Source: an uncultured Gemmatimonadales bacterium
GTDB lineage: Bacteria > Gemmatimonadota > Gemmatimonadetes > Gemmatimonadales > GWC2-71-9
Direction of reading: 5' to 3'
DNA: 64,000 bases
NCBI GenBank assembly: GCA_963779755.1
Contig: CAVZZO010000001.1
Location: forward strand, 960,001 to 1,024,000
Position 1 is the stretch's first letter. Every line of letters begins with the position of its first letter. The notes under the pieces are model-generated. The model searched no databases. It saw only the letters and a program-made list of their open reading frames with translations, and was not told where the DNA came from. A program made the translations under genes and the position numbers. This document shows positions 39,865-50,493 of the stretch, piece after piece.

Positions 39865-40089
39865 ATGTCCTGGCTGGATGACGAGTTCCCTCGGGGCGAC
39901 GGCACCGCCCAACGGGAGGCGGCCGTAGTCTGCCCCTTCTGCGGAGAGCGCGCCTGGATCGGTCTCGATCCCGGGAGCGGAGCACACCAGGTGTATGCCG
40001 AGGATTGCCCCGTCTGCTGCCGGCCCTGGCGGGTGGAAGTGCGCTATCGCGCCGACGGCAAGGCGGATGTGGCGGTCGAGCGGGAATAG
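39865..40089 (+). CDS. CPXCG-motif cysteine-rich small protein
   Basis: CPFCGE...EDCPVCCRP. Confidence 0.85.
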   Translation: MSWLDDEFPRGDGTAQREAAVVCPFCGERAWIGLDPGSGAHQVYAEDCPVCCRPWRVEVRYRADGKADVAVERE

Positions 40090-40102
40090 GGCGGCAACAC
40101 GC

Positions 40103-40822
40103 TCAGACGCCGCCCAGCCAGGGGTAGCCCTGGTCTTCCCAGTAGCCTCCCGGACGCTCCGCCGTGAAGCGCATCGCCGTCAGGTACTTGGTCATCTTGT
40201 ATCCCAGCTTGATCGGGGCATACAGGCGCAAGGGGGCGCCATGGTCGGGGCCGAGCGGCCGGTCGTTGTAGGCCCAGGCCAGGATGGTCTGCGGGTGCAT
40301 GGCGCTCTTGAGATCCCACCCGTTGTAATAAGTCTCATCGAACGAGTCGAACCGCAGGTACTGCGCCTGTGGGGTGGGCTCCACCAGCGCGGCGATCGTG
40401 GCAACCGGTACGCCGGTCCAGGTGGCGATGGCCGACCACCCTTCCACGCAGTGGTGCTTCACGGTATAGCGGACGCTGGGTAGCGCCTGGAGCATCTCCA
40501 GGGTGAATCGCGTCGGTTTCCGGACCAGTCCGCCTACTTCCAGCGCCCAGAAGGCCGGGTCGCGCAGCAGCGGAACCGTGTCGCTGATGAAATAGGTGGG
40601 GAAGGCGCTGCCGGTACGCGCGGCCACAGGATATTCAGGGGCGAGCCGGTCGCTCGAGAGGAGCAGGTTTTCTCCCACCCAGTCGTTGAGGCGGGAAACG
40701 GCGTGCAGGGGCGGGCGCAGCAGCGCGCCGCCATCCCAGCCGCAGGCGGCGGCCAGTGCCGCGGGGGCGACGCTCAGGCCGATCCGCATGAAGGCGCGCC
40801 GGTCCAGGCGGTGGTCAGTCAT
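40103..40822 (-). CDS. Sulfite-oxidase-family molybdopterin oxidoreductase (MsrP/YedY-like)
   Basis: DRRAFM Tat motif, HHCVEGW, HGAPLRL..P.KLGYK, GGYWED.GY. Confidence 0.9.
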   Translation of the reverse strand: MTDHRLDRRAFMRIGLSVAPAALAAACGWDGGALLRPPLHAVSRLNDWVGENLLLSSDRLAPEYPVAARTGSAFPTYFISDTVPLLRDPAFWALEVGGLVRKPTRFTLEMLQALPSVRYTVKHHCVEGWSAIATWTGVPVATIAALVEPTPQAQYLRFDSFDETYYNGWDLKSAMHPQTILAWAYNDRPLGPDHGAPLRLYAPIKLGYKMTKYLTAMRFTAERPGGYWEDQGYPWLGGV

Positions 40823-41525
40823 GGCTGGGGAACTTCCCGCGGTACCATCCGCTGATCATGGCCCGCAGCGAGGCGGGGTCTACCAGGAATACCAGGGCAA
40901 CGTGGAGCAGGGTGAACCCGACGAAGGTCCAGACGGCAAGAAAGTGCCAGTACCGTGCCAGCTCATACCCGCCGAAGAGGGTGGTGAGCCAGTGTAGCTG
41001 TACCGGCTTGTAGACGGCAAAGCCGGTCAGTACCGACAACGCTCCCAGCAGCAGGATAAACGTATAGGCGCCCTTCTGGAGCGCATTGTGCTTTCCCTGC
41101 GGCGGGTGCTCCTTCCGGAGCCGCAGATAGTACGTCTGCATCTCCCAGGCGGGCCGCAGGTCTGCCGGCCGGAACAGCAGCGAGCGCCACTCACCCGAGA
41201 CCGCCAGATACCCCAGGTACACCAGGCCGGTCAGGATGAAAGGCCACGCCAGTGCGAAATGCCAGTTGAGCCCCCCGGCCAGCCACCCGCCAAGCCGGGC
41301 CCAGCGAGGGAAGGCGTCCCCCTGGAAGGGGTTGGGCCCGATGTAGGGGCCTCCGCGCAGGCCGAACCGGCTGTAGGCGGCGTAGATCTGGAGCCCGCTC
41401 GCGACCATCCCGGCCAGCAGCAGCAGGTTGGCCCAGTGGCAAACCCGGACCAGCCAGTGGTGCCGCCGGACAGGAATGGTGGGGGGGGCGGTGGTGCCGG
41501 CGTTGCCGGTGGTGGTGCTGGTCAT
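40815..41525 (-). CDS. Cytochrome b/b6 domain membrane subunit (partner of the molybdoenzyme)
   Basis: R.CHW, WHF, K.NALQK.AY, WHF, H heme ligands. Overlaps the downstream gene. Confidence 0.87.
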   Translation of the reverse strand: MTSTTTGNAGTTAPPTIPVRRHHWLVRVCHWANLLLLAGMVASGLQIYAAYSRFGLRGGPYIGPNPFQGDAFPRWARLGGWLAGGLNWHFALAWPFILTGLVYLGYLAVSGEWRSLLFRPADLRPAWEMQTYYLRLRKEHPPQGKHNALQKGAYTFILLLGALSVLTGFAVYKPVQLHWLTTLFGGYELARYWHFLAVWTFVGFTLLHVALVFLVDPASLRAMISGWYRGKFPSHD

Positions 41526-41574
41526 GGCGTTCCCGGTTTCCCTGCAACAACGTCCCGAGGCATTTCCCGGTTTC

Positions 41575-43857
41575 CTAGCGCCGGAACTGGTACGCCAGCT
41601 TCACGAAGAACCCGTCGACTTCCCTCCGCAGCCCGCGGAAGCTCAGCGTATTGGGGCCGGTGAGTGAGCTGCCGTACCCGAAGAAGGCCACGGTACCCGG
41701 GCTGGGTTCGAAGGAGAGCAGCCCGTCTACCCGCAAGGCGTTGGTCTCGGTATCGCTGGAACTGGTGCCGTTCACCAGCAGGACGGTCCCGGTGCGGGGA
41801 TCGCGCAGGGCCGCCTGCCGCTCGGAGCGGTATTCCCCGACCACCCGGAAGAACAGCGCCCGGCTGGGCTGGTACTCCAGCTTGAGGCGGGGGATGACCG
41901 ATCGGGCGAACTCGCTCCCGTCCATCCGGCGGGTGAGCCGCTGCACCACCGTACTGCCCGTGATCCGGATGGAACCGGTGGGCCGCAGCGTCAGGTCGAG
42001 GCTGGCGTCGACTTCCGTGCCCTCTCCCGCCTCCAGAAAGAGAGCCGCGCGGCCGGTGCCGACCTGCAGGCTGGCGTCGAAGCTCTGGAAGGTCGGGGTG
42101 CTGAGCTCGAGGCTGGCGGTGGGGCCGGAGACCCCGGACGGTGGCACGAAGGTGGCCGGGCCGCCCGGGGTGTCGACCTGGTATCCCTGGTAGTCGGCGG
42201 GCACGAAGTCCACGAAGGCCCGCTCCACGTGCCCGTTCAGCTCCCAGCCGCCACGCAGCCGGGTTCGCAGATCGATGCTCTCGTTTCCTTCGATGGAGTT
42301 CCCCAGGATGTCGCCGTAGCGCCAGATGCGGGTCGGACCGAAGAAGCTGGTGAAGTTCTCGACCAGCGCGCCTCTCGCCCCGTAGAAGCTCAACCGGTTA
42401 TAGGCGTGGAAGGAGACGATGTCGTTCCGGGGCACGAAGCCCGAACGGGTGACGAAATCCCGGCCGATGGCATTGAGCTGGTAGTTGAACCCCCAGGACC
42501 GGCCGGTGCGGTCGTATTCCAGCTTCCAGATGGGAGAGGAGCGGCGGCCCGCGGCATCGTCGGTCCAGGAGCCGCCCAGCTGGCCTTCAAGGTAGTAGAG
42601 CTTGCCGAAGACGTAGCGCACATCGCCGGCCAGCACGCGGTTGTAGTAGGGGCTCCGCAGCACACTCCGGTCGGTGAAGGTCACCCCGGCCGTCGAGTTG
42701 GAGCCGAAGTCGCGCCGCAGCCGGGTAACGTTGAAGAGGGCCTCCCTGCTGGTCCCGTCCACGTCCTGGTCGACCGCCGTCAGGTGGGCGATGCCGAAGC
42801 CGCCCAGTTTGCCGGTAATCTTGCCGCCGGCGATAGGATTGACGATCTGGCGGGAATAGACCAGCTGGTTGGGGGTCGAAAACAGCTCGATGCCCTCGAG
42901 AAAGAAGGGCCGCTTTTCCGGGAAGAACAGGGCGAAGCGCTGATTGACCGTGACCTGCCCCACATCCGACTCCACCTGGCTGAAGTCCGGATTGGCGGTC
43001 GCGTCGAGCGACAGGTTGGTCAGCCCGGCGTGCAGGTTGAGCCCGGCATCGGGGTTGATGCTCTCCCGGGTAAAGGCCCCGCCGGCGTCCCGGGTTCCGT
43101 TGGCCGTGGCGGTCACGAAGGGTTGGGCCTCCACCACGATGCCGCGGTGCAGGTCGTGCAGCCCCGTCAGGGTCCCCGCCTGGATGAGAAAGCTGGCGTT
43201 GGCGCGCCGGGCGTCGGTCCAGGTGTCCTCATAGCCGGTGCGCTGGGTGACCCGGTCGATCTGGATGCCCCACCTCTGCGGCCCGCTGCCGGGATAGCGC
43301 AGGCTCTTGAACGGAATGCGGATCTCGACCTGATAGCCCGAATCGGTCACCATGCCGCTGGAGGACCAGAGATAGTCCGGATTCTTGTCGACGGTCCCCC
43401 CGAAGAGATTGCCGGCGCTGGAGGCTCCCTCGGTGCGTACCCCGTCCTGCTGGGCCCCCAGCGGGTTGACCGCGAAGAAGAAGGCGCGCCGGCGGTCGTT
43501 GAAGGTGTCCAGGTAGATGGTAATGTTATCGTCGCTGCCGATGTTGTCGCGGTCGGCATGGGTGGCCCGGACACTGGACGGCTGGGCGTCGTGAGCCACC
43601 AGGCCGAAGTAGATGGCCGAGGGAGAATACCACACCAGCACGTCGGTAGCCTGCTCGGCGGGACGGCCGTCCACCGGCTGGTACTGGGAGAATCCGGTCA
43701 ACCGGGTAGCCTGGGCCCATGCCGGCTCATCCAGCCGCCCGTCGACGGCCGGCTCGGCCTCGATCCGGGGAATGGTCACGGCGGGCGCGCCGGTGCCGGC
43801 AACGGTGTCCGGGGCGGCCGCCGGCGCCTGCATCAGGGCGAGCGTCAGGAGCAGCAT
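41575..43857 (-). CDS. CBM9-like sugar-binding domain plus beta-barrel (DUF5916-like) outer membrane protein
   Basis: VDGRLDE..W, EIRIPF.SLRY, NPDFSQVE, FFPEKRPFFLEG, C-terminal FVKLAYQF. Confidence 0.8.
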   Translation of the reverse strand: MLLLTLALMQAPAAAPDTVAGTGAPAVTIPRIEAEPAVDGRLDEPAWAQATRLTGFSQYQPVDGRPAEQATDVLVWYSPSAIYFGLVAHDAQPSSVRATHADRDNIGSDDNITIYLDTFNDRRRAFFFAVNPLGAQQDGVRTEGASSAGNLFGGTVDKNPDYLWSSSGMVTDSGYQVEIRIPFKSLRYPGSGPQRWGIQIDRVTQRTGYEDTWTDARRANASFLIQAGTLTGLHDLHRGIVVEAQPFVTATANGTRDAGGAFTRESINPDAGLNLHAGLTNLSLDATANPDFSQVESDVGQVTVNQRFALFFPEKRPFFLEGIELFSTPNQLVYSRQIVNPIAGGKITGKLGGFGIAHLTAVDQDVDGTSREALFNVTRLRRDFGSNSTAGVTFTDRSVLRSPYYNRVLAGDVRYVFGKLYYLEGQLGGSWTDDAAGRRSSPIWKLEYDRTGRSWGFNYQLNAIGRDFVTRSGFVPRNDIVSFHAYNRLSFYGARGALVENFTSFFGPTRIWRYGDILGNSIEGNESIDLRTRLRGGWELNGHVERAFVDFVPADYQGYQVDTPGGPATFVPPSGVSGPTASLELSTPTFQSFDASLQVGTGRAALFLEAGEGTEVDASLDLTLRPTGSIRITGSTVVQRLTRRMDGSEFARSVIPRLKLEYQPSRALFFRVVGEYRSERQAALRDPRTGTVLLVNGTSSSDTETNALRVDGLLSFEPSPGTVAFFGYGSSLTGPNTLSFRGLRREVDGFFVKLAYQFRR

Positions 43858-43963
43858 CAGGTCGCTATCGGTAAAACGGTCCGGAATATGGGAAGCCGGC
43901 GGACGGAGGCGCCCGCCGGCCTCAAGCTAGCCGCAGATGGTGGCGCAGGCCACCGCGCCGGGC

Positions 43964-45181
43964 CTATTCGTACCGCAGGGCTTCGATAGGGTCGAGGACG
44001 GCGGCGCGCCGGGCGGGCCAGAGCCCGAAGATGATGCCCACCGCCGCGCTGAAGCCGAAGGCAACCCCCACGGCCGACATCGAGATCAGAGTGTTCCAGC
44101 CGAACGAGCTCGCCATCCAGGACGCGACCCCCGCGCCCGCGGCGATCCCGATGACGCCGCCTACCAGGCACAGCACCAGGGCCTCCGCGAGGAACTGCAT
44201 CATGATATTGAGCCGGGTGGCGCCGAGGGCCTTCCGCACGCCGATCTCGCGGGTGCGTTCGGTGACCGACACCAGCATGATGTTCATGATGCCGATGCCG
44301 CCCACCAGGAGGCTCACGGCGGCGATGCCGGCCAGCAGCGAGCCAAAGACCTCGGTGGCCTGCTGCTGTGTGGCCAGGAGCTCCATCTGGTTCCGGATCC
44401 GGAAATCGTTCTCGCTGCCGGGCGGAATATTATGCAACGAGCGCAGGACCCGTTCCACGTCGATCATCCCCTGTTCCAGCGTGCTGCTGTCCTTGACCGC
44501 CACGGTAATCGATCGCACCCGGTCGGTGCCGAAGATCCGGTATTGCGCCGTCTGCAGCGGGATCAGGATCTGTTCGTCCGGATCGTGCCAGGAGCCTTGA
44601 GAGCCTTTCGGGCTCAGGACACCCATGACCTCGAAGGGGATGCCGCGGATCAGAAGCGTCTGGTGGATGATCGCCGCTGGATTGGCGTCCAGCATCTCCG
44701 GTACACTGGAGCCCAGCACCGCGTAGCGCCGCCGGGCGTTGTTGTCGCCCCGGGTATACATCTGCCCGAAGGGCATGGTGTAATTGTGCACCGCCGCGTA
44801 ATTCGCGGTGGTGCCGACGATCTCGAGGTTCACGTTCTTGTTGCCGTACTTCACCTGCATGTCGTTCGAGAGTTCCGGAACCACCGCGTCGAGCACCCGG
44901 GTCTTCTGCTGCAGCGCTTCCGCGTCCTTGGTGGTCAGGCTGACCCTGTTGCCGCTGGCGATACCGTGGGAAAACGACTGCCCCGGATAGATGCTGATGA
45001 GGTTGGCGCCCAGCGATTCGATCTGCTCGCTGATCTTCTTCTTGGCGCCGTTCCCCAGCGACACCATGGTAATGACTGCACCCACGCCGATAATGATCCC
45101 CAGCATGGTCAGCGCGGAGCGCAGTTTGTTGACCCGGATGGATTGAAAAGCTACCGCAATCGTTTCACCAACAGGCATCAT
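43964..45181 (-). CDS. MacB/FtsX-type ABC permease (copy 2)
   Basis: NKLRSALTMLGIIIGV, VGGIGIMNIMLVSVTERTREIG, DPIEALRYE. SD GGGAGG. Confidence 0.95.
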   Translation of the reverse strand: MMPVGETIAVAFQSIRVNKLRSALTMLGIIIGVGAVITMVSLGNGAKKKISEQIESLGANLISIYPGQSFSHGIASGNRVSLTTKDAEALQQKTRVLDAVVPELSNDMQVKYGNKNVNLEIVGTTANYAAVHNYTMPFGQMYTRGDNNARRRYAVLGSSVPEMLDANPAAIIHQTLLIRGIPFEVMGVLSPKGSQGSWHDPDEQILIPLQTAQYRIFGTDRVRSITVAVKDSSTLEQGMIDVERVLRSLHNIPPGSENDFRIRNQMELLATQQQATEVFGSLLAGIAAVSLLVGGIGIMNIMLVSVTERTREIGVRKALGATRLNIMMQFLAEALVLCLVGGVIGIAAGAGVASWMASSFGWNTLISMSAVGVAFGFSAAVGIIFGLWPARRAAVLDPIEALRYE

Positions 45182-45253
45182 TCCAGTGTCCTCCCGCGGT
45201 CGGCCTTCTCCGAGTTCCAGTGGCTTGCCTGCGGCCACCGTATGGCAGCAGGG

Positions 45254-46471
45254 CTATTCGTACCGCAGCGCTTCGATCGGGTCGAGCCGGGCGGCCCGCC
45301 GCGCCGGCCAGATTCCAAAAATAATTCCGACGGCTGCGCTGAACCCGAAGGCGGCGCCCACCGCCGACATGGAGATCAGGGTGTTCCAGCCGAAGGCGCT
45401 CGCCATCCAGGATGCCACCCCGGCACCCGCCCCGATCCCGATGAGGCCGCCCACCAGGCAGAGCACCAGGGCCTCGGTGAGAAACTGCATGAGGATGTTG
45501 AGCCGGGTTGCGCCCAGGGCCTTGCGCACGCCGATCTCCCGGGTGCGCTCGGTCACCGAGACCAGCATGATGTTCATGATGCCGATGCCGCCCACCAGCA
45601 GGCTGACGGCCGCGATGCCCGCCAGCAGCGACCCGAACACCTGGGTGGCCTGCTGCTGGGTGGCGAGGATCTCCATCTGATTCCGCATCTGGAAATCGTT
45701 GTCGCCGCCCGGGGGGATCTTGTGCAGCCGCCGCATGACCCGCTCCACGTCCACCATGCCGCGATCCAGGGGAACGCCCGGCTTCACCGCCACGGAGATC
45801 GACCGTACCCGGTCGGTGCCGAAGATCCGGTACTGGGCGGTCTGGAGCGGGATCAGGATCTGTTCATCGGGATCGAACCAGGAGCCCTGCGACCCCTTGG
45901 CGCTCAGCACCCCCACCACCTCAAAGGGAATCCCGCGGATGAGAATGGTCTGATGGATCAGTGCCGCGGGATTGGCTTCGAGCATTTCCGGTACGCTGGC
46001 GCCGAGCACGGCATAGCGCTGCCGGGCGTCGTCGTCGCCCTTGCTGAACATCTCCCCGTAGGGCACGGTGTAGTTATGCACGCCGGCATAGTTGGCCGTG
46101 GTGCCTACGATGTTCAGGTTCAGGTTCTTGTTGCCGTACTTCACCTGCAGGCTGCTCTGCAGTTCCGGCACCACGGCCTCCAGCAGCGTGGCGTCGCGCT
46201 CCAGCGCCTCCGCGTCCTTGGTGGTGAGGCTGACCCGGTTGCCGCTGGCGATTCCGCGAGAGAACATCTGGCCCGGGTAGATGGTCAGCAGGTTGGCGCC
46301 GAGCGATTGGATCTGTTCCTCGATCTTCTTCCGGGCGCCGTTGCCCAGCGAAACCATGGTAATCACGGCGCCCACGCCGATGATGATCCCCAGCATGGTC
46401 AGCGCGGAGCGCAGTTTGTTGACGCGGATGGACTGGAACGCCACCGCGACAGTTTCTCCGATGGGCATCAT
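45254..46471 (-). CDS. MacB/FtsX-type ABC permease (copy 1)
   Basis: Same motifs as copy 2. SD GGAGG before ATG 46471. Confidence 0.95.
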   Translation of the reverse strand: MMPIGETVAVAFQSIRVNKLRSALTMLGIIIGVGAVITMVSLGNGARKKIEEQIQSLGANLLTIYPGQMFSRGIASGNRVSLTTKDAEALERDATLLEAVVPELQSSLQVKYGNKNLNLNIVGTTANYAGVHNYTVPYGEMFSKGDDDARQRYAVLGASVPEMLEANPAALIHQTILIRGIPFEVVGVLSAKGSQGSWFDPDEQILIPLQTAQYRIFGTDRVRSISVAVKPGVPLDRGMVDVERVMRRLHKIPPGGDNDFQMRNQMEILATQQQATQVFGSLLAGIAAVSLLVGGIGIMNIMLVSVTERTREIGVRKALGATRLNILMQFLTEALVLCLVGGLIGIGAGAGVASWMASAFGWNTLISMSAVGAAFGFSAAVGIIFGIWPARRAARLDPIEALRYE

Positions 46472-46475
46472 GGTC

Positions 46476-48011
46476 TTACCGGCCTCCGGAGGGGCGGCTG
46501 CCACCGCTGCTGGTACTGCTGCTGTTGCTGCGCAGGCCGCCGGTCCCGCCCCCGGTGATCCGCTCGATCCGGTTCTTGAACTCCTCTTGCGATTGCACCA
46601 GGCTTGCGCTGGGCAGCAGCAACACCGTATCGCCCACCGCCAGCCCGCTGGTGACCTCGCTGTAGTCCAGGTCGGTGAGCCCGGTCTGGACCCAGGTGGG
46701 CTGGGGCGAGCCATTCTTCTTGACGAACACGACGTACCTGCCGCCGAACTGGAAATCGGTCCCGGACGCTGCCGGCCGTCCGCCCCGGCCGCCGCCGTTG
46801 CCGCGCATTCCCGCGAACACCTTGCGCAGGAGGGCGGATTCGTCGGCGCTCACCTTCCCGCCGGACATCCGCTTCTTCAGGATGTCCTGGACCTGCTTCT
46901 CGGTTACGCCCTCCGGCAATGCCACGGTGGCGCCGTTCGGCAGGGTCAGGACATTGCCCGCCGGCTGGGGCGCGGCGCTGTCTTTGCCCGGACCGCTGGC
47001 ACCGAGCGAGTCCTGCCGCGGCTGCGAGGCTTGCGCCAGTTCCTTCTGGACCGTTGCCGGATCCAGCCCCAGCACCTGGGCGGCAGAGCCCACATCCCGC
47101 TGGGTCCGCAGCGCGGAGGTCGGGACGGCGACGACGTCACGCCGCTGGCCCACGTGGATCTCAACCTCGCTGTTCATCCCCGGCCGCAGCATTCCCTCCC
47201 GGTTATCGATCCGGACCAGCACGGGAAACATGGTGACGTTCTGCGTGGTGGTGGCCTGCGGCTCGATCTTGATCACCTCGCCCTGGAAGGGACGATTGGG
47301 ATAGGCATCCACCGTAACGGTCGCCTCCAGGCCGGGGCGGATCTTGCCGATATCGGTTTCGTCCACCAGCGTGCTGACCTGGACGTGGTTCAGATCGGCC
47401 ATCTGCAGCAGCACGGTACCGCCGCTCACGTTGCTGGTGGAGCTGGCGATCACCTGCCCGCGCTGGACGTCAAGCTGGATCACCGTACCGGTGATCGGGG
47501 CCCGCACGTCCGTCTGGTCCACCACGATCTGGGCGTTCTGCATCGCCACCCGGGCGCTGACCACCGCCGCCTTGGCGTTGGCGTAGTCGAGCACCGCCGT
47601 GTCGTGCTCCGTCTGGGTGATGGCCTGCTGCTTGTAGAGCTCGTCGGAACGCTGCTTCTGCGCCAGCGCATTGTCCAGCCGGGCCTGGGCCACTTCGAAG
47701 TTCGCCTTGGCCTGGTCCAGGTTATTGGTGGGGATGCGCGGGTCGATCCGCATCAGGAGCTCGCCCTGGTGCACCAGCTGGCCGGTCTGGGCCTTGATGT
47801 CCAGGATCTCGCCCGAGGCCTGGGACTTCACCTCGACGGTGGTATCCGGCTGGATCGTCCCCGAGGCCTGCACCGAAACGATGATGTCCCGGGTGCTCAC
47901 CGGCATGGCGATGTACGGCGGCGGCGGCACGGGTTTGTCGCACCCTGCGGCAACCAGCGCGGCCAGAACGGCGGGAACCAGAATACGGTTGCGTAGCATC
48001 ATTGAAGACAT
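46476..48011 (-). CDS. Periplasmic adaptor subunit (MacA/MFP), lipoprotein
   Basis: AAGC lipobox, VEVKSQASG, VRAPITGTV, VDETDIG. Confidence 0.92.
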   Translation of the reverse strand: MSSMMLRNRILVPAVLAALVAAGCDKPVPPPPYIAMPVSTRDIIVSVQASGTIQPDTTVEVKSQASGEILDIKAQTGQLVHQGELLMRIDPRIPTNNLDQAKANFEVAQARLDNALAQKQRSDELYKQQAITQTEHDTAVLDYANAKAAVVSARVAMQNAQIVVDQTDVRAPITGTVIQLDVQRGQVIASSTSNVSGGTVLLQMADLNHVQVSTLVDETDIGKIRPGLEATVTVDAYPNRPFQGEVIKIEPQATTTQNVTMFPVLVRIDNREGMLRPGMNSEVEIHVGQRRDVVAVPTSALRTQRDVGSAAQVLGLDPATVQKELAQASQPRQDSLGASGPGKDSAAPQPAGNVLTLPNGATVALPEGVTEKQVQDILKKRMSGGKVSADESALLRKVFAGMRGNGGGRGGRPAASGTDFQFGGRYVVFVKKNGSPQPTWVQTGLTDLDYSEVTSGLAVGDTVLLLPSASLVQSQEEFKNRIERITGGGTGGLRSNSSSTSSGGSRPSGGR

Positions 48012-48023
48012 GGATCTACCCGT

Positions 48024-48779
48024 TCAGTGCGTAGGTTGCGTCGCGAAGTCGCGCTCCACCCGGCCGTCCAGGATATGGACCTGGCGCTCGGCGTGCGCGG
48101 CGATGTCCGGTTCGTGCGTCACCAGGACGATGGTCTGTCCTTCTCCGTGCAGCGTCTCGAACAGATTCATGATCTCGGCGCCCGTGGCCGAATCGAGATT
48201 GCCCGTGGGCTCGTCCGCCAGGAGAATGCTGGGCTTATTGACCAGCGCCCGGGCCACCGCCACACGCTGGCGCTGGCCGCCGGAGAGCTCGTTGGGCCGG
48301 TGGCTCATCCGGTCCTGCAGGCCCACGCGGGTCAGTGCGTCTTCCGCCGCCGCCCGCCGCTCCTTCCCCGGCATGCCGGCATAGACCAGCGGCAGCTCCA
48401 CATTGTGGAGGGCGGTGGCGCGGGGCAGCAGGTTGAAGGTCTGGAAGACGAACCCGATCTCCCGGTTGCGGATGTGGGCCAGCTGGTCGTCCTTCAGTTC
48501 CGAGACCCGGTGCCCGTTGAGCCAGTACTCCCCCCCGGTGGGCGTATCCAGACAGCCGATCATGTTCATCAGCGTGGACTTGCCCGACCCGGAGGGCCCC
48601 ATGATGGCGACGAACTCGTTCCGCCGGATGACGACGTCGAGGCCACGCAGCGCGTGGACGACCTCGCTGCCCATGACGTAGTCGCGCTGCAGGTTACGGG
48701 TGACGATGATGGCATCCCGCGGAATGTCCGGGGGTAACTGCGCCATGCGCTCGGCGGTGTTTTCCAGGGTTGGGCTCAT
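48024..48779 (-). CDS. ABC transporter ATP-binding protein (LolD/MacB type)
   Basis: [30 protein letters not shown]. Confidence 0.96.
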   Translation of the reverse strand: MSPTLENTAERMAQLPPDIPRDAIIVTRNLQRDYVMGSEVVHALRGLDVVIRRNEFVAIMGPSGSGKSTLMNMIGCLDTPTGGEYWLNGHRVSELKDDQLAHIRNREIGFVFQTFNLLPRATALHNVELPLVYAGMPGKERRAAAEDALTRVGLQDRMSHRPNELSGGQRQRVAVARALVNKPSILLADEPTGNLDSATGAEIMNLFETLHGEGQTIVLVTHEPDIAAHAERQVHILDGRVERDFATQPTH

Positions 48780-50071
48780 AGTGACTTCCCGATGAGGGCT
48801 TCGATCTGCGCCTTGGCGCGGAGATAACTGAACCGGGCATTGACGACATCCACCTCGGCCTGGTTCAGAGCTTCCTGCGAGGTCAGGACATCCACAATGG
48901 TGGCGGCGCCCAGGCGGTACCGCGCCTGCTGCACCCGGAGATCTTCCTCCGCCGCCTGCACGCTGGTGCGGGTGATCTCGATCTGCAACCGGGCCGCGTC
49001 GAGGTTGGCCAGCTGGCCGATGAGCGAGGCCTGGACCTGGCGGGCCGCATCGTTGGCCTGGGCCTGGGCGACGTCGAACGTGGTCTGCTGGGTGACGATC
49101 GACCGCTCCCGGCTGAATCCATTGAAGATCGGCCAGGAGAGCCGCAGGCTCACCTGCCGCTGGTTGAACAGCTGGTAATTCAGGTCCTTGTTGCCGCTAT
49201 AGCTGTAGCTGCCATTCAGGCTCAGCGTGGGCCAGTAGGCTGCCCGCGCAGCCGACACCTGGGCCCGTGCGGCGCCGACGTTGGCCTCGGCGCTCTGAAC
49301 CTGCGGTGACTCTCTCTGGGCCTGGTCCAGCAGCGCCGTGGTATCGATGGTCTCGACGACGTGGTAGAACGAGGAATCGTCCTGAGCCTGCACCCGGCCG
49401 TCCACCCCGATCAGCCGCCCCAGGTTGGCTTCGGCCTGGGCCAGCTGGGCCTGGGCCTGGATCAGCTGCACCTGGGCATTCCCCAGGGTCACCAGGGACC
49501 GGAGAGAATCGGACCGGGTGGCGGAACCGGTGTGCAGCTTGGCCACCGAGACCTTGAGCTGCTCCTGGGCGCGGGCCACGCTGGCATCCCGCACCTTTAC
49601 CAGTTGTTCCGCCGCCAGGGCATTGAGGAACTCCTGCGTGGTATTGAGCCGGGTCTGATAGCGGGCGTTCACCAGGCCGGCATCGGCCGCGCTGCTCTGC
49701 GCCTTGGCGCTGCGCATGTCGGCGCCACGCCGGAAACCGGTGAACAGGTCCACGCTGGCCGACAGCCCCATACTGAGGCTGGTGCTCGAGGTATTGCCGC
49801 CGATAACCTGGCCGGTCACCGGATCGGGCCGGGCAAATTCCGAGAAGCTGTAGCCGCCGGTAGAGTTGGCCGTGAGGCTGGGCAGGAATTCGCCGTAGGC
49901 CGAGCGCACCTGGGCCGAGGCATTTTGCACCGACCCCTGCGCCTGGATGACATTCGGCTGGACCTGCTGGGCCATGCTGATGGCCTGGTCCAGGGTGACC
50001 GAGTTGACCTGCTCCTGGGCCGCCAGGGGGGCCGCCAGGAGAGCCAGGCCGAGAACCATGTATGCGCGCAT
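48776..50071 (-). CDS. TolC family outer membrane channel
   Basis: Signal peptide, two OEP repeats (FLPSL.., YWPTL.., RY.LG..T..DV). Confidence 0.92.
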   Translation of the reverse strand: MRAYMVLGLALLAAPLAAQEQVNSVTLDQAISMAQQVQPNVIQAQGSVQNASAQVRSAYGEFLPSLTANSTGGYSFSEFARPDPVTGQVIGGNTSSTSLSMGLSASVDLFTGFRRGADMRSAKAQSSAADAGLVNARYQTRLNTTQEFLNALAAEQLVKVRDASVARAQEQLKVSVAKLHTGSATRSDSLRSLVTLGNAQVQLIQAQAQLAQAEANLGRLIGVDGRVQAQDDSSFYHVVETIDTTALLDQAQRESPQVQSAEANVGAARAQVSAARAAYWPTLSLNGSYSYSGNKDLNYQLFNQRQVSLRLSWPIFNGFSRERSIVTQQTTFDVAQAQANDAARQVQASLIGQLANLDAARLQIEITRTSVQAAEEDLRVQQARYRLGAATIVDVLTSQEALNQAEVDVVNARFSYLRAKAQIEALIGKSL

Positions 50072-50072
50072 G

Positions 50073-50462
50073 CTATCGCTGCTCCGTTCCGTGCCGCTCC
50101 GCCTGATACCGGCGGACCATGTCGTTGTAGGTGGTGGTCTGTTCCGGGGTGAGCTGTGCCCGGATCTCCATACCGATGGAATCGCGCAGAGTTTCAAACC
50201 GGGGCCGGACCTCTCCCCAGATGGAGTCCATCCGCGGCCGGTACCGGGTCAGTACCGCCTGGATGCTGTCGCGCTGGGTGGGGGTGAGCTGCAGTCGTCG
50301 AGTCATGTCGTCGAGCCAGCCGCCCCCCCCGTGGCGCTCCCGGTCGTTGTGCGACCAGGGGGGGCGCCGCGCGGAGAGCCCCATGGCGGCACCACCCGCC
50401 ACGCCTCCGGCGAGGAAGGTGATCGTCAACAGCAGCGCTGCTTTCCAGGTTGGTGCGTTCAT
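50073..50462 (-). CDS. Spy/CpxP/ZraP-like periplasmic helical protein
   Basis: N-terminal TM, two LTxxQ motifs (LQLTPTQ, LTPEQ). Confidence 0.7.
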   Translation of the reverse strand: MNAPTWKAALLLTITFLAGGVAGGAAMGLSARRPPWSHNDRERHGGGGWLDDMTRRLQLTPTQRDSIQAVLTRYRPRMDSIWGEVRPRFETLRDSIGMEIRAQLTPEQTTTYNDMVRRYQAERHGTEQR

Positions 50463-50493
50463 ACCGTCTCGTTCATCGGGGCCGTGCCCCGCT

